Shown: piece by piece, positions 41,366 to 52,270 of the stretch
Position numbering within the stretch: the first letter of the stretch is position 1
How the letters are laid out: each line of letters begins with the position of its first letter
Assembly (NCBI GenBank): GCA_965232155.1
Contig: OZ246948.1
Location: 1,258,938-1,322,937, forward strand
Direction of reading: 5' to 3'
Length of the DNA stretch: 64,000 bases
Source: Thermodesulfobacteriota bacterium
GTDB lineage: Bacteria; Desulfobacterota_D; UBA1144; Nemesobacterales; Nemesobacteraceae
Notes under the pieces: model-generated
What the model saw: the letters and a program-made list of their open reading frames with translations, nothing else
Database searches by the model: none
What the model was told of the DNA's origin: nothing
Made by a program: the position numbers and the translations under genes

Positions 41366-44032
41366 ATGGTTTTGAGTAACGATCTTGGTACTCTGTCCGA
41401 CCTTTCGGTCGGCGACAAAACCTACAAGATATATTCCCTGGAGAAACTTGAATCGCGCTACGGCGTGTCGATTTCGAGACTGCCCTTTTCAATAAGAATA
41501 CTGCTTGAGAACGTGCTGAGGAACCTTGACGGAGAGACCGTGACGGAGCGGCACGTTGAGTCCCTCGCCAAGTGGGATCCCTCAAACGCAGAAGCAAAAG
41601 AGATTCCGTACAACCCCGCGAGGGTGATACTCCAGGATTTCACGGGAGTTCCCTGCGTTGTAGACCTTGCCGCGATGAGGTCGGTGGTCGAGAAAAAAGG
41701 GGGAGACCCCTCGCTTGTTAATCCAATAGTGCCCGTCGATCTGGTCATAGACCACTCCGTTCAGGTCGATTATTTCGCAAGCGGCGACGCTTTCGGCAAG
41801 AACGTCGAGGTCGAATACGAAAGAAACAGGGAAAGATACACATTTTTGAAGTGGGCCCAGGGGTCTTTTGATAATTTCAGGGTCGTGCCCCCGGGAACCG
41901 GGATAGTGCACCAGGTGAACCTTGAGTGTCTTGCAGGGGTAGTCGTCTCAAAGCAGGTCGGTTCGGAGTCCGTGGCTTACCCCGACACTCTGGTGGGAAC
42001 GGATTCCCACACCACAATGATAAACGGCCTTAGCGTAATGGGCTGGGGAGTGGGGGGAATAGAGGCGGAAGCCTGCATGCTCGGACAGCCGCTTTACATG
42101 CTTATACCTGACGTCATCGGGTTCAGGCTCACCGGCCGCCTATCCGAGGGAGTTACCGCGACGGATCTGGTTCTAACGGTGACCGAGATGCTGAGGAAAA
42201 AAGGCGTCGTCGGCAAGTTCGTCGAGTTTTTCGGGCCCGGAGTGAGCAATCTCGCCCTTTCTGACCAGGCCACGATAGCGAACATGGCTCCCGAGTACGG
42301 AGCCACAATGGGATTTTTCCCGGTGGACTCAGAAACCCTGAGATATCTCGGGACGACGGGAAGAAATGACGCCGCCGCGCTGGTTGAAGCCTACACCAAG
42401 CGACAGAAGATGTTCAGAACCGACGACGCGGAAGATCCTGTTTACACCGATACGCTTTCACTTGACATAGGAACGGTCAAACCTTCTCTTGCCGGTCCCA
42501 GCCGCCCGCAGGACAGGATATCGCTTGGCGACATGAAAAGCTCCTACCACGAGAATCTCGAGGCAAGGGGACTCGCCGCAAACGGGAGCGCGCAGCCCGC
42601 GGCAAACGGGATTGCGGACGGTTCGGTCGTAATAGCCGCCATCACGAGCTGTACTAACACCTCGAATCCCTCCGTCATGATAGGGGCGGGGCTTTTCGCC
42701 AAAAAGGCCGTTGAGCGAGGGCTAACCGTTTCACCTTACGTGAAAACGAGCCTGGCGCCGGGATCTAGGGTGGTTACGGATTACTTAAATGCTGCGGGAC
42801 TCACCCCGTATCTTGAAGAGCTGGGCTTCGATCTGGTCGGATACGGATGCACAACCTGCATAGGAAACAGCGGCCCGCTTCCAGAAGATGTGGACGCGGC
42901 CATAAGGGAAAACGATCTTACCTGCGCGGCGGTTCTAAGCGGAAACAGGAATTTTGAGGGCAGGGTGCACCCGCTTGTGAAATTCGCCTACCTGGCGTCG
43001 CCCCCGCTTGTCGTTGCGTTCGCCATAGCGGGCAAGGTCGGAATCGATCTCTACACGGAACCTCTCGGGACGGGAAGCGACGGGCAGGAAGTGTACCTAA
43101 AGGACATATGGCCGACGCAGCAGGAGATACTCGACACGGTAAGAGATTCAATCACCCCCGATATATTCAATACCCAGTACTCAAGGGTTTTCGAGGGCGA
43201 CGAGACCTGGAAGTCTCTTGAGGCTCCCGAGTCAGACATTTATGAGTGGGATACGGAATCGACCTACATACAGGAACCCCCGTTTTTCGATGACTTCCCC
43301 CTTGAGCCTGAGGACCCCGGGGACATAGAGGGGGCGAACGTGCTCGCGCTTCTCGGGGACTCTATAACGACGGATCACATATCCCCCGCGGGCTCCATTC
43401 CCAAGGACGGCCCCGCAGGCGGCTATCTTATCTCAAAAGGCGTTACTCCGAGGAGCTTTAACAGCTTCGGATCAAGGAGGGGTAACCACGAAGTTATGAT
43501 CCGCGGGTCGTTCGCCAACATAAGGATAAGAAACAAGATGGTTGGAGGAAAGGAAGGGGGGTTGACGGTTCATGTCCCCACGGGCGAGGAAATGTCGATT
43601 TACGACGCGTCCTCAAGATACATGAGCGATGGGACGGAACTTGTCGTGATCGGAGGGAAGGAATACGGTACGGGAAGTTCCCGTGACTGGGCGGCCAAGG
43701 GAACCGCTCTCCTCGGCGCAAGGTGCGTCATAGCGGAGAGCTTCGAGCGGATTCACAGAAGCAACCTGGTAGGGATGGGAGTTCTTCCGCTTCAGTTCGA
43801 AGAGGGGCAAAGCGCCGAGTCTCTCGGCATCACGGGCTTTGAGACCTTAAGCGTAAGCGGGATTTCAGAGGGTCTTCATCCGGGCAAACAGATGACCGTT
43901 ACGGTAACGGACGCGGACGGGGGGCAAAGGGAATTTAACGCCACGTGCAGGCTTGATACGCCGGTTGAGGTTGAATATTACCGAAACGGCGGGATTCTTC
44001 AGACCGTCTTGCGCCAGATGATAACGCAGTAG
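41366..44032 (+). CDS. acnA: Aconitate hydratase A (IRP-like)
   Basis: 888 aa. YSLEKLE...[30 protein letters not shown] and [10 protein letters not shown] cluster ligands. Confidence 0.93.
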   Translation: MVLSNDLGTLSDLSVGDKTYKIYSLEKLESRYGVSISRLPFSIRILLENVLRNLDGETVTERHVESLAKWDPSNAEAKEIPYNPARVILQDFTGVPCVVDLAAMRSVVEKKGGDPSLVNPIVPVDLVIDHSVQVDYFASGDAFGKNVEVEYERNRERYTFLKWAQGSFDNFRVVPPGTGIVHQVNLECLAGVVVSKQVGSESVAYPDTLVGTDSHTTMINGLSVMGWGVGGIEAEACMLGQPLYMLIPDVIGFRLTGRLSEGVTATDLVLTVTEMLRKKGVVGKFVEFFGPGVSNLALSDQATIANMAPEYGATMGFFPVDSETLRYLGTTGRNDAAALVEAYTKRQKMFRTDDAEDPVYTDTLSLDIGTVKPSLAGPSRPQDRISLGDMKSSYHENLEARGLAANGSAQPAANGIADGSVVIAAITSCTNTSNPSVMIGAGLFAKKAVERGLTVSPYVKTSLAPGSRVVTDYLNAAGLTPYLEELGFDLVGYGCTTCIGNSGPLPEDVDAAIRENDLTCAAVLSGNRNFEGRVHPLVKFAYLASPPLVVAFAIAGKVGIDLYTEPLGTGSDGQEVYLKDIWPTQQEILDTVRDSITPDIFNTQYSRVFEGDETWKSLEAPESDIYEWDTESTYIQEPPFFDDFPLEPEDPGDIEGANVLALLGDSITTDHISPAGSIPKDGPAGGYLISKGVTPRSFNSFGSRRGNHEVMIRGSFANIRIRNKMVGGKEGGLTVHVPTGEEMSIYDASSRYMSDGTELVVIGGKEYGTGSSRDWAAKGTALLGARCVIAESFERIHRSNLVGMGVLPLQFEEGQSAESLGITGFETLSVSGISEGLHPGKQMTVTVTDADGGQREFNATCRLDTPVEVEYYRNGGILQTVLRQMITQ

Positions 44033-44117
44033 GAGAGAGATCAATTTGAAAAGGGTGGTTTTTTCCATTATATTTTGAGATTTAAATTTTCGTTTAGCTA
44101 AAAAGGAGAGGTGTTCA

Positions 44118-45362
44118 ATGACAGTCCCAAGCGGAGAAAAAATACAGATTGACGAGGGAAGCAGAAAGCTTGTAATTCCCGATAACCCGATAATTCCTTT
44201 CATAGAAGGCGACGGGATAGGCCCCGACATCTGGCACGCGTCCCAGTTGGTGTTCGACGCCGCAATCGAGAAGACTTACGGAGGAAAAAAGAAGATAGCC
44301 TGGCTAGAGGTGCTGGCCGGCGAGAAGGCGCATGAGAAGACCGGCGAATGGCTTCCCGAGGAAACCACCGAAACGATAAAGGAGTACATAGTCGCCATCA
44401 AGGGCCCGCTTACCACTCCGGTGGGAGGCGGAATAAGAAGTCTTAACGTCGCGCTCCGCCAGATACTTGACCTTTACGCCTGCGTAAGGCCGGTCAGGTG
44501 GATCAAGGGAACCCCCAACCCTATTCTGGTTCCAGGCAAGCTTGACGTCGTGATATTCAGGGAGAACACGGAGGACGTGTACGCGGGAATCGAGTGGGAG
44601 AGCGGCACCGATGAAGCGACCGCCGTAAGGGAGTACCTCGTTGAGAATTACGGGGTTAACATCCGCGAGCTTAGCGGGATAGGAATAAAGCCCATAAGTC
44701 CTTTCGGAACCAAGAGGCTTGTCAGAAAGGCGATCGAATACGCAATAGAGTATAAAAGAAAGAGCGTCACCCTCGTTCACAAGGGCAACATAATGAAATT
44801 CACCGAGGGGGCCTTCCGCGAATGGGGCTACGAAATTGCGAAAGAGGATTTCCCCGAGATCACCATAACAGAGGATGAGCTCTGGGACGATTACGGCGGC
44901 AAGCAGCCCGAAGGCAAGATTGTCATGAAGGACCGCATAGCCGACAGCATGTTCCAGCAGGTTCTGACGAGACCTAGCGAGTACGACGTGATGGCCATGC
45001 CTAATCTTAACGGCGACTACATGTCAGACGCCTGCGCCGCGCAGGTTGGAGGTCTCGGAGTCGCTCCGGGCGGCAACATAGGCGATTACCTGGCGGTTTT
45101 CGAGGCCACTCACGGAACCGCTCCCAAGTACGCGGGACAGGACAAGGTAAACCCCGGTTCCGTAATACTCTCGGGAGTCATGATGTTCCAGTACCTGGGA
45201 TGGCACGAGGCGGCTGAGCTTGTTTTCAGGGCGATGGAGGAAACTGTTCAGCAGAAAACGGTTACCTATGATCTCGAAAGGCAGATGGACGGGGCTACCC
45301 TTCTTAAGTGTTCCGAGTACGGAGAGGCCATCGTGTCAAACATGGACAAGGTAATGGACTAG
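44118..45362 (+). CDS. icd: NADP-dependent isocitrate dehydrogenase (homodimeric type)
   Basis: [35 protein letters not shown] and [10 protein letters not shown]. Confidence 0.92.
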   Translation: MTVPSGEKIQIDEGSRKLVIPDNPIIPFIEGDGIGPDIWHASQLVFDAAIEKTYGGKKKIAWLEVLAGEKAHEKTGEWLPEETTETIKEYIVAIKGPLTTPVGGGIRSLNVALRQILDLYACVRPVRWIKGTPNPILVPGKLDVVIFRENTEDVYAGIEWESGTDEATAVREYLVENYGVNIRELSGIGIKPISPFGTKRLVRKAIEYAIEYKRKSVTLVHKGNIMKFTEGAFREWGYEIAKEDFPEITITEDELWDDYGGKQPEGKIVMKDRIADSMFQQVLTRPSEYDVMAMPNLNGDYMSDACAAQVGGLGVAPGGNIGDYLAVFEATHGTAPKYAGQDKVNPGSVILSGVMMFQYLGWHEAAELVFRAMEETVQQKTVTYDLERQMDGATLLKCSEYGEAIVSNMDKVMD

Positions 45363-45402
45363 GGGCCCGCGGCACGCAAATCTTTTTAAAAGGAGTGGGA
45401 TT

Positions 45403-46350
45403 TTGAATAACGGCAGAGCGAAAATTTCTGTGATAGGTGCGGGAAACGTCGGGGCGTCGGCGGCGTTTCGGATCGCGCAACTTGAACTTGCCGACGTGGC
45501 TTTGATTGACATAGTGGAGGGAATTCCCGAGGGAAAGGCGCTCGATCTTGCGCAGATGTGCCCGATTACGGGAAGCGACATAAATCTCGTCGGTTCAACC
45601 AACTACGAAGACACCGCTAACTCAGACGTGGTGATAATCACCTCGGGTATTCCGAGAAAGCCCGGGATGAGCCGTGATGACCTTATCTCGACTAACACCA
45701 AGGTTGTAAAAAGCGTCACCGAGCAGGTGGTTGCTCATTCCCCTGACGCGATACTCATACTGGTTACCAATCCGCTTGACGCCATGGTCTACGTGGCGCA
45801 CAAGGTAAGCGGTTTTGCCGAAAGCAAGGTGATGGGAATGGCGGGAGTGCTTGATTCTGCACGTTTTCGGGCGTTTATCGCTATGGAGCTCGGGGTATCG
45901 GTTGAGAACATAAACGCATCGGTTCTCGGCGGACACGGAGATACGATGGTTCCGCTTCTTAGCAACACTACGATTGCGGGTATTCCCATAGCGGAGCTTG
46001 TCCCCGCTCCTAGGCTCGAGGCGATGGTCGACCGCACCAGAAAGGGAGGAGCCGAAATAGTGGGTCTCCTTAAGACCGGAAGCGCTTTTTACGCTCCCGC
46101 GGTGGCAGCGGTGGAAATGGCCGAGGCGATCATAAAGGACAAGAAAAAAATACTGCCCTGCTGCGTTTACGCGGACGGATATTACGGAATAGAGGATACG
46201 TTCGTGGGTCTTCCCGTAAGGCTCGGCGCAGAAGGGGTCGAGGAGATAATAGGGGTTGAGATCTCAGGTGAGGAGATGGATGCTCTGCATGTCTCTGCGG
46301 GCAAGGTGAAAGAGCTTTGCGAAGTAATTGACGGAATGGGAATCCTCTAG
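45403..46350 (+). CDS. mdh: Malate dehydrogenase (LDH-like family)
   Basis: [29 protein letters not shown] and GGHGDTMVP. Confidence 0.9.
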   Translation: MNNGRAKISVIGAGNVGASAAFRIAQLELADVALIDIVEGIPEGKALDLAQMCPITGSDINLVGSTNYEDTANSDVVIITSGIPRKPGMSRDDLISTNTKVVKSVTEQVVAHSPDAILILVTNPLDAMVYVAHKVSGFAESKVMGMAGVLDSARFRAFIAMELGVSVENINASVLGGHGDTMVPLLSNTTIAGIPIAELVPAPRLEAMVDRTRKGGAEIVGLLKTGSAFYAPAVAAVEMAEAIIKDKKKILPCCVYADGYYGIEDTFVGLPVRLGAEGVEEIIGVEISGEEMDALHVSAGKVKELCEVIDGMGIL

Positions 46351-46433
46351 GGTTCCACTTGCATTCTGGCCCCCGGCGCCGTTTATAATCTCGGACGGAC
46401 GCTCCGGAAATATTTTTTGGAGGTTTCTTCAAT

Positions 46434-47171
46434 ATGGCTAACGGTACGGCTACGGCGAGCAAGGCGCTCACCATGAGAAAGGATATGTGGTGGATAGAGC
46501 CTCTCATAACCGGTGTGGTGCTTGGGGCTTTTGGAATCTACTCTACGTGGAGGGCACTTTCCAACCAGTTTTACTACACAGAACCCTACCTCTCGCCTTT
46601 TTATTCCCCGCTTCTGCTCTTTGACTGGTGGCCGGCTTCCCCGGCAATACTTATTCTCTGGGCGCCGCTTGGATTCCGGGCGACCTGCTACTACTACAGA
46701 AAAGCGTACTACCGGGCGTATTTCTTCTCGCCTCCCGGCTGCGCGGTAAAGCCGGTCGGAAAAAGGGCTTCCTACAGTGGAGAATCGAGCTTTCCGTTCA
46801 TCCTGCAGAATATCCACAGGTTCTTTCTCTACGCGTCTGTTGTCATTTTGCTGTTTTTGTGGATCGACTCGTATGAAGCCTTTTTCTTCCATGACGGGGC
46901 CGGAGTGGGCGTCGGAACCATCATCCTTACCTTAAACGCGTTCCTGCTTACCATGTATTCGTTTTCCTGCCACTCCTTTCGTCACCTTGTGGGGGGAAAA
47001 CTCGACGTGTTCTCAGGATGCCCGACTCGCTTTCGTCTCTGGGGTGCCGTAAGCGTCCATAACGAAATACATATGAAATGGGCGTGGACAAGCCTTGTTT
47101 TCGTGGCTCTCACGGACCTTTACGTATTTCTGGTAGCGAACGGAACAATTACTGATCTGAGGTTGATATAG
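46434..47171 (+). CDS. Putative membrane anchor subunit of succinate dehydrogenase/fumarate reductase (five predicted TM helices, atypical)
   Basis: Position immediately upstream of sdhA-sdhB and five hydrophobic segments. A Cys/His-rich stretch SFSCHSFRHLVGGKLDVFSGCP lies between TM4 and TM5. It does not resemble the classical SdhC/SdhD or FrdC sequences that I remember. Confidence 0.5.
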   Translation: MANGTATASKALTMRKDMWWIEPLITGVVLGAFGIYSTWRALSNQFYYTEPYLSPFYSPLLLFDWWPASPAILILWAPLGFRATCYYYRKAYYRAYFFSPPGCAVKPVGKRASYSGESSFPFILQNIHRFFLYASVVILLFLWIDSYEAFFFHDGAGVGVGTIILTLNAFLLTMYSFSCHSFRHLVGGKLDVFSGCPTRFRLWGAVSVHNEIHMKWAWTSLVFVALTDLYVFLVANGTITDLRLI

Positions 47172-47173
47172 AA

Positions 47174-48892
47174 GTGGAAAAATACGAAACACATACGCAT
47201 GACGTTATAATCATCGGCGCCGGCGGGGCAGGGCTTCGGGCCGCCATAGAGTCTTCCGCCAAGGGCGCCTCGACCGCGCTTATATGCAAATCCCTGCTCG
47301 GAAAGGCCCACACCGTGATGGCGGAGGGAGGCGTTGCTGCCGCCCTGGCAAACGTAGATACCAAGGACAACTGGGAAACCCACTTCAAGGACACCATGAA
47401 GGGCGGAAAGATGCTTAATAACTGGCAGATGGCCCTTTACCACGCGAAGGAGGCCCCGGAGAGGGTTAAAGAGCTTGAATACTGGGGAGCTCTTTTTGAC
47501 AGAACGAAAGAAGGAAGGATAAACCAGAGGGCCTTCGGCGGTCACACGTGGAAGAGGCTTGCCCACGTGGGCGACCGGACCGGTCTTGAGATGATAAGGA
47601 CCCTCCAGGAAAAGGGGATACACTCGGGCATAGACGTCTACATGGAGTGCACGATAACCCATCTCCTGAAGGACGGAGACAGGGTCGTGGGTGCTTTCGG
47701 CTACTGGAGGGAAAGCGGGAAATTCGTTCTTTTCCGCGCAAATGCGGTGGTCCTTGCGACGGGTGGGGTAGGAAAAGCCTACAAGTACACCTCGAATTCC
47801 TGGGAATACACTGGCGACGGTCACGCAATGGCGTATGAGGCGGGAGCCGAGCTTGTGGACATGGAGTTCATACAGTTCCATCCCACGGGCATGGTCTGGC
47901 CGCCTAGCGTAAGGGGAATCCTTGTTACGGAAGCGGTGCGCGGCGAGGGAGGCATACTCACAAACAGCGAGGGTGAGCGTTTCATGGAGAGATACGACCC
48001 CGAGCGCATGGAGCTATCGACCCGCGACGTGGTCGCGAGATCGATATACACAGAAGTTGAGCAGGGTCGCGGTTCTCCCCACGGCGGAGCGTTTCTAGAC
48101 GTCTCCCACAGGGGAGCCGATTACGTAAAGCGCAAGCTTCCCAGCATGTACCATCAGTTCATGGAGTTTGCGGACATAGACATAACCAAGGGCCCGATGG
48201 AAGTGTTCCCGACCACCCATTACGTAATGGGTGGAGTCAAGGTTGAAGGAGATACCTGCTCTAGCACCGTTCCGGGGCTTTTCGCCGCGGGCGAGGTTGC
48301 CGGAGGAATGCACGGCGCTAACCGTCTCGGCGGAAATTCCCTTTCTGATCTTTTAGTTTTCGGGAAAAGGGCGGGAGAAGGTGCGGCGGCTTACGCGAGC
48401 GGGAAATCCCACGCACAGATACCTGCCGAGCTTGTCGAGGGATACGCAAACGAGCTTAGAGAGCCTTTTAACAATACCCAGGGAGAGAACCCCTACACGA
48501 TCCATCAGGATCTCCAGGACGTGATGCAGCTCTACATAGGGGTGTTCCGCACGGAAGAGAACATACAGAAGGGCATAGACGAGATAGAGGGACTCAAGGA
48601 GAGGGCGAAAACGCTCAAGATAGAGGGCTCGGTGATGTTTAACCCGGGCTGGCATCTCTGCAGGGACCTTAAGTCGATGCTGATCGTCTCTGAGGCGCTC
48701 GCGAGATGCGCGCTTGCGAGAAAAGAGAGCAGGGGAGCTCACAGCCGGGTCGATTATCCTGAGAGCGACGACGAGACATGGGGCAAGCTAAATTTCATTG
48801 TTTCCTTCAGAGAAGGGGCGATGGACGTCGCAACGCGACCAATCATGGAGATGCCCGAGGAGTTTTCGAAACTGTTTACGGAGGATAAGTGA
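47174..48892 (+). CDS. sdhA: Succinate dehydrogenase/fumarate reductase flavoprotein subunit
   Basis: HDVIIIGAGGAGLRAA, the covalent-FAD histidine context GKAHTVMAEGG, HPTG, and RGEGG. Confidence 0.92.
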   Translation: MEKYETHTHDVIIIGAGGAGLRAAIESSAKGASTALICKSLLGKAHTVMAEGGVAAALANVDTKDNWETHFKDTMKGGKMLNNWQMALYHAKEAPERVKELEYWGALFDRTKEGRINQRAFGGHTWKRLAHVGDRTGLEMIRTLQEKGIHSGIDVYMECTITHLLKDGDRVVGAFGYWRESGKFVLFRANAVVLATGGVGKAYKYTSNSWEYTGDGHAMAYEAGAELVDMEFIQFHPTGMVWPPSVRGILVTEAVRGEGGILTNSEGERFMERYDPERMELSTRDVVARSIYTEVEQGRGSPHGGAFLDVSHRGADYVKRKLPSMYHQFMEFADIDITKGPMEVFPTTHYVMGGVKVEGDTCSSTVPGLFAAGEVAGGMHGANRLGGNSLSDLLVFGKRAGEGAAAYASGKSHAQIPAELVEGYANELREPFNNTQGENPYTIHQDLQDVMQLYIGVFRTEENIQKGIDEIEGLKERAKTLKIEGSVMFNPGWHLCRDLKSMLIVSEALARCALARKESRGAHSRVDYPESDDETWGKLNFIVSFREGAMDVATRPIMEMPEEFSKLFTEDK

Positions 48893-49623
48893 TGTCTGTA
48901 GCCAAGCTAAGAGTCTTTCGCGGAGATTCCCAGGGGGGAGAGGAAAAGGAGTACGAGGTCCCGGTAGATGAGGGGATGGTGGTCCTCGACGCGCTTTTCT
49001 ACATACAGGCAAACTACGACGGCGATCTGGCGATAAGATGGAACTGCAAGGCGGCCAAGTGCGGCTCCTGCAGCACCGAGATAAACGGAAAGCCGAAGCT
49101 TGCCTGCAAGACCCGCATGGACAGTTTCGCCGAGGGCGAAACGATTACCGTCTACCCGATCAAGGCGTTTCCCGTGATAAAAGATCTCGTAACCGACGTT
49201 TCATGGAACTACGAAGTAAGCAAGAAGATTCCTCCGTTTACCCCCGCAGAAGATACCGAGTGGATCATGTACCAGGAGGACGTTGAGAGGGGGCAGGAAT
49301 TCCGCAAATGCATAGAGTGCTTCCTGTGCCAGAACGTCTGTCACATACTTCGCGATCACAACAGAAAAGACGCGTTCGCGGGACCGAGGTTCATGATAAA
49401 GATCGCCGAGCGGGAGATGCATCCCCTGGATGTTCTTGACAGAAGGGAGTTTGCGCGCGAGGAGGCCGGAGTCGGCTTCTGCAACATCACGAAATGCTGC
49501 ACGGAAGTGTGCCCCGAGGACATACACATAACCGATAACGGAATCATTCCGCTCAAGGAGAGAGTGGTTGACAAGTACTATGATCCGCTCTCCTGGCTTT
49601 TAAGGAAGATCAAGGGGAAATAG
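48889..49623 (+). CDS. sdhB: Succinate dehydrogenase/fumarate reductase iron-sulfur subunit
   Basis: [24 protein letters not shown] (2Fe-2S), [11 protein letters not shown] and CTEVCP (4Fe-4S/3Fe-4S). Confidence 0.9.
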   Translation: MMSVAKLRVFRGDSQGGEEKEYEVPVDEGMVVLDALFYIQANYDGDLAIRWNCKAAKCGSCSTEINGKPKLACKTRMDSFAEGETITVYPIKAFPVIKDLVTDVSWNYEVSKKIPPFTPAEDTEWIMYQEDVERGQEFRKCIECFLCQNVCHILRDHNRKDAFAGPRFMIKIAEREMHPLDVLDRREFAREEAGVGFCNITKCCTEVCPEDIHITDNGIIPLKERVVDKYYDPLSWLLRKIKGK

Positions 49624-49637
49624 GAAAGGGTTCCAGA

Positions 49638-50804
49638 TTGAACGTACACGAATACCAGGCCAAAAAGCTTCTCTCTGATTTCGGAGTCAGTGTTCCGGGC
49701 GGGCAGGTTGTTTTCAGCGCGGACGAGGTGTCAGAGGTGCTAGATGCTCTTGACTCCGCGAAGTACGTTGTAAAAGCCCAGATTCACGCAGGCGGCCGGG
49801 GCAAGGGAGGCGGAATAAAGGTAGTTGACAGTGCCCAGGACGCTACGGCGGCCGCGGATGAGATAATCGGCATGAACCTTGTCACCCACCAGACGGGCCC
49901 CGAGGGCAAAAAGGTGGGAAGCGTGCTGATCGAGGAAGCCTCCAGTATAGAGAAGGAGTTCTATCTGGGCATGGTGATTGATCGCTCCCGGGAAAAAGTG
50001 GTCGTTATGGGAAGCCCTGAGGGAGGGGTTGAGATAGAAGAGGTGGCGGCCAAGTCTCCTGAGAAGATAATCAAGGAGCACGTCGATATCTCGCTTGGCA
50101 TTCAGCCTTACCAGTGCCGGAAAATTGCTTATTTCATGGGTCTTGAAGGCGGTGCCGTGAGGCAGGCCGTATCGTTTATTTCCTCTCTTTACCGGGTATT
50201 CATTGAGAAAGACTGTTCCCTCGCTGAGATAAACCCGCTTGTCCTTACCTCAGACGGAAACATAGTGGCTCTCGACGCGAAGATTAACTTTGATGATAAC
50301 GCGCTTTTCCGCCACCGCGACATCGCGGGGCTTAGGGACAGAAACGAAGAGGACTCGCTTGAGCTTGAGGCAAGCGACGCGGGGATAAGTTTTGTTAAGC
50401 TTGACGGAAACATAGGATGTCTTGTTAACGGCGCGGGGCTTGCCATGGCCACCATGGACATTATAAAGCACCACGGCGGAGAACCCGCGAACTTCCTTGA
50501 CGTTGGTGGAGGGGCCACCACGGAGCAGGTGACAAAGGCCTTTAAGATGATCCTGAGCGACGAGAACGTAAAGGCCATCTTCGTTAATATTTTCGGCGGC
50601 ATCATGAAGTGTGACACCATCGCCGATGGTATCGTAGAAGCCGCGGGCGAAGTCGGGATAAACGTTCCCTTAGTGGTCAGGCTTGAAGGAACCAATGTTG
50701 AAGCCGGAAGGGAAATTCTTTCTGACTCCGGTCTTGACATCCAGACCGGAGCTGACATGAAAGAAGCCGCATCCAAAGTGGTTGAGGCCGCTAAAACTGG
50801 CTGA
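49638..50804 (+). CDS. sucC: Succinyl-CoA synthetase beta subunit
   Basis: [28 protein letters not shown] and [18 protein letters not shown]. Confidence 0.93.
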   Translation: MNVHEYQAKKLLSDFGVSVPGGQVVFSADEVSEVLDALDSAKYVVKAQIHAGGRGKGGGIKVVDSAQDATAAADEIIGMNLVTHQTGPEGKKVGSVLIEEASSIEKEFYLGMVIDRSREKVVVMGSPEGGVEIEEVAAKSPEKIIKEHVDISLGIQPYQCRKIAYFMGLEGGAVRQAVSFISSLYRVFIEKDCSLAEINPLVLTSDGNIVALDAKINFDDNALFRHRDIAGLRDRNEEDSLELEASDAGISFVKLDGNIGCLVNGAGLAMATMDIIKHHGGEPANFLDVGGGATTEQVTKAFKMILSDENVKAIFVNIFGGIMKCDTIADGIVEAAGEVGINVPLVVRLEGTNVEAGREILSDSGLDIQTGADMKEAASKVVEAAKTG

Positions 50805-50906
50805 TTTTAACGAGTTACAATAGATACTTAATTTGTTTTCTGCGGATATCTGTTCCCTTTAATAGAGCGTACATGCCATGGAGAGAAGGGGTCCTCACCA
50901 GTTGAA

Positions 50907-51770
50907 TTAAAATGTTAGATAAGTTGGCTTGGTATCAATCAAATCTTCGTCTCCATACTCATCGTCTGCGAAGATATCTGATTTGAGAATAGTCAGAGTC
51001 TTACCATAACGACCCAATCCTATGATTTCTTCAATTCCGGGAATACTACGCGAACCGCCGAACCAGTTTTTTAATTCTATCTTCTCTTGCACACGCTTGG
51101 CCCCGACAACGTTCTCTCGGGAGGAATTAAATATTTTGGTTTCGCTTCCTTCTGGAAGCGGGTCTCCTTTGCGTAACCACTCAAACCCTCTGAAATCTCG
51201 GAGGCTGTCAGACATAAAACAGTAATTGATTTTGTTATTAGAACTGACAATCATTGCCACCGGTATCTCCGCCTTTTCAACATATCTGCTAGCCGTGGCG
51301 ATTAAAGAAGTTACAAAACGTTTTGAAAGAGCTTCAACAGCAGCTAGTCCGTCTCCGAGAGATTTCATTTCCCTCGTGAACAGATCGTTAGGCATCAATA
51401 GGGATGCAGCGAATATATCAGCCTCCCGTTCAAATGGGTCATTTGTCGTGAATCCTGCATTTGAAGAGTGAATATCTTTGTGAGCGAGCACCGCGTCAAC
51501 GTGGCTGGGAAGGATGTAATGGCCAATCTCATGGGCTATGGAGAAACGCCTGAAGCCTTCATTCTGAATATGGGTGGCATAGCCAATGCAAAACTCGTTG
51601 CCTTTACGGATAAGCATACCGGAGACCCCACCGTCCGCAGGCATGGATTTTACCATGATATCAAAAGATTCAGCAATCTCAATGGGGTCAATCGGCAGAT
51701 CGGTAATCCCTAGTCTTTTGATAAGCTGTTCAGCTTCCCTGGAGGCTGCGGCCTCTGCCGGTTTTTCCAC
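50907..51770 (-). CDS. ImmA/IrrE-family zinc metallopeptidase (CapP-like)
   Basis: The HEXXH motif in FSIAHEIGHYILPSH plus the downstream EREADIFAASLLMP. It is 4 nt downstream of the XRE gene on the same strand. Confidence 0.8.
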   Translation of the reverse strand: MEKPAEAAASREAEQLIKRLGITDLPIDPIEIAESFDIMVKSMPADGGVSGMLIRKGNEFCIGYATHIQNEGFRRFSIAHEIGHYILPSHVDAVLAHKDIHSSNAGFTTNDPFEREADIFAASLLMPNDLFTREMKSLGDGLAAVEALSKRFVTSLIATASRYVEKAEIPVAMIVSSNNKINYCFMSDSLRDFRGFEWLRKGDPLPEGSETKIFNSSRENVVGAKRVQEKIELKNWFGGSRSIPGIEEIIGLGRYGKTLTILKSDIFADDEYGDEDLIDTKPTYLTF

Positions 51771-51774
51771 GATT

Positions 51775-52131
51775 TTACTCTTTCCCGCTACTTCTGGCAG
51801 CTTTCTCGGCCAGCATTTCTATCACATCTTCCGCAAACTTGCGATCTTTACCTTTAAGTTCGGTAAGATGCCGGTGGATTTCCTCTCCACCGGAGAGACC
51901 TGCCGGGTCATCAACCCTGCCCAGCAGGTAGTCGGTTGTTACTTTCAGTGCGTCGGCAAGCCGTTTCAGGTTATCAAAAGATGGCTTCCGCGCGCCGGTC
52001 TCGAAATGGGAAACTGCTGAAGTCAGAAGCCCCGAGATCTGAGCAAGTTGTGCTTGGTTAAGCTCGCGTAACTTGCGAGCTTCCCGCAGTCTATGAAGAA
52101 AAATCTCTGATGATTTAGTTGACTTTGGCAT
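51775..52131 (-). CDS. XRE-family helix-turn-helix transcriptional regulator (CapH-like)
   Basis: LREARKLRELNQAQLAQISGLLTSAVSHFETGARKPSFDNLKRLADALKVTTDYLLG is a canonical HTH_XRE domain. It is divergent from the nucleotidyltransferase gene. Confidence 0.85.
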   Translation of the reverse strand: MPKSTKSSEIFLHRLREARKLRELNQAQLAQISGLLTSAVSHFETGARKPSFDNLKRLADALKVTTDYLLGRVDDPAGLSGGEEIHRHLTELKGKDRKFAEDVIEMLAEKAARSSGKE

Positions 52132-52166
52132 GACGAAAGCGTAAAATTAATTTGACGTTATCGCCT

Positions 52167-52187
52167 ATATCATTTAGTCTTTGATAT
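52167..52187. promoter_or_regulatory. Inverted repeat ATATCA-N9-TGATAT in the divergent control region; candidate operator of the XRE repressor
   Basis: Read directly in the sequence. It overlaps the minus-strand -10 and a possible plus-strand -10 (TAGTCT). Confidence 0.35.
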
Positions 52188-52213
52188 TATACGGTAGATT
52201 AGCCGATATGCAA
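52186..52213 (-). promoter_or_regulatory. Candidate sigma70 promoter for the XRE-ImmA pair
   Basis: On the minus strand: TTGCAT (52213-52208), 16-nt spacer, perfect TATAAT (52191-52186). Confidence 0.4.
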
Positions 52214-52270
52214 GATTCTGGCAAAGTTGTCTTTAAGAAGGAAAAATTTAAACCATAGGAAGTTTATAAG

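Noticed and set aside
47120-47881. 253-aa ORF on the minus strand
   Set aside because: It lies entirely antisense to the well-supported sdhA gene. It is Arg/Pro/Gly-rich, has no recognisable motif and no RBS. This is typical shadow-ORF behaviour in GC-richer coding DNA.
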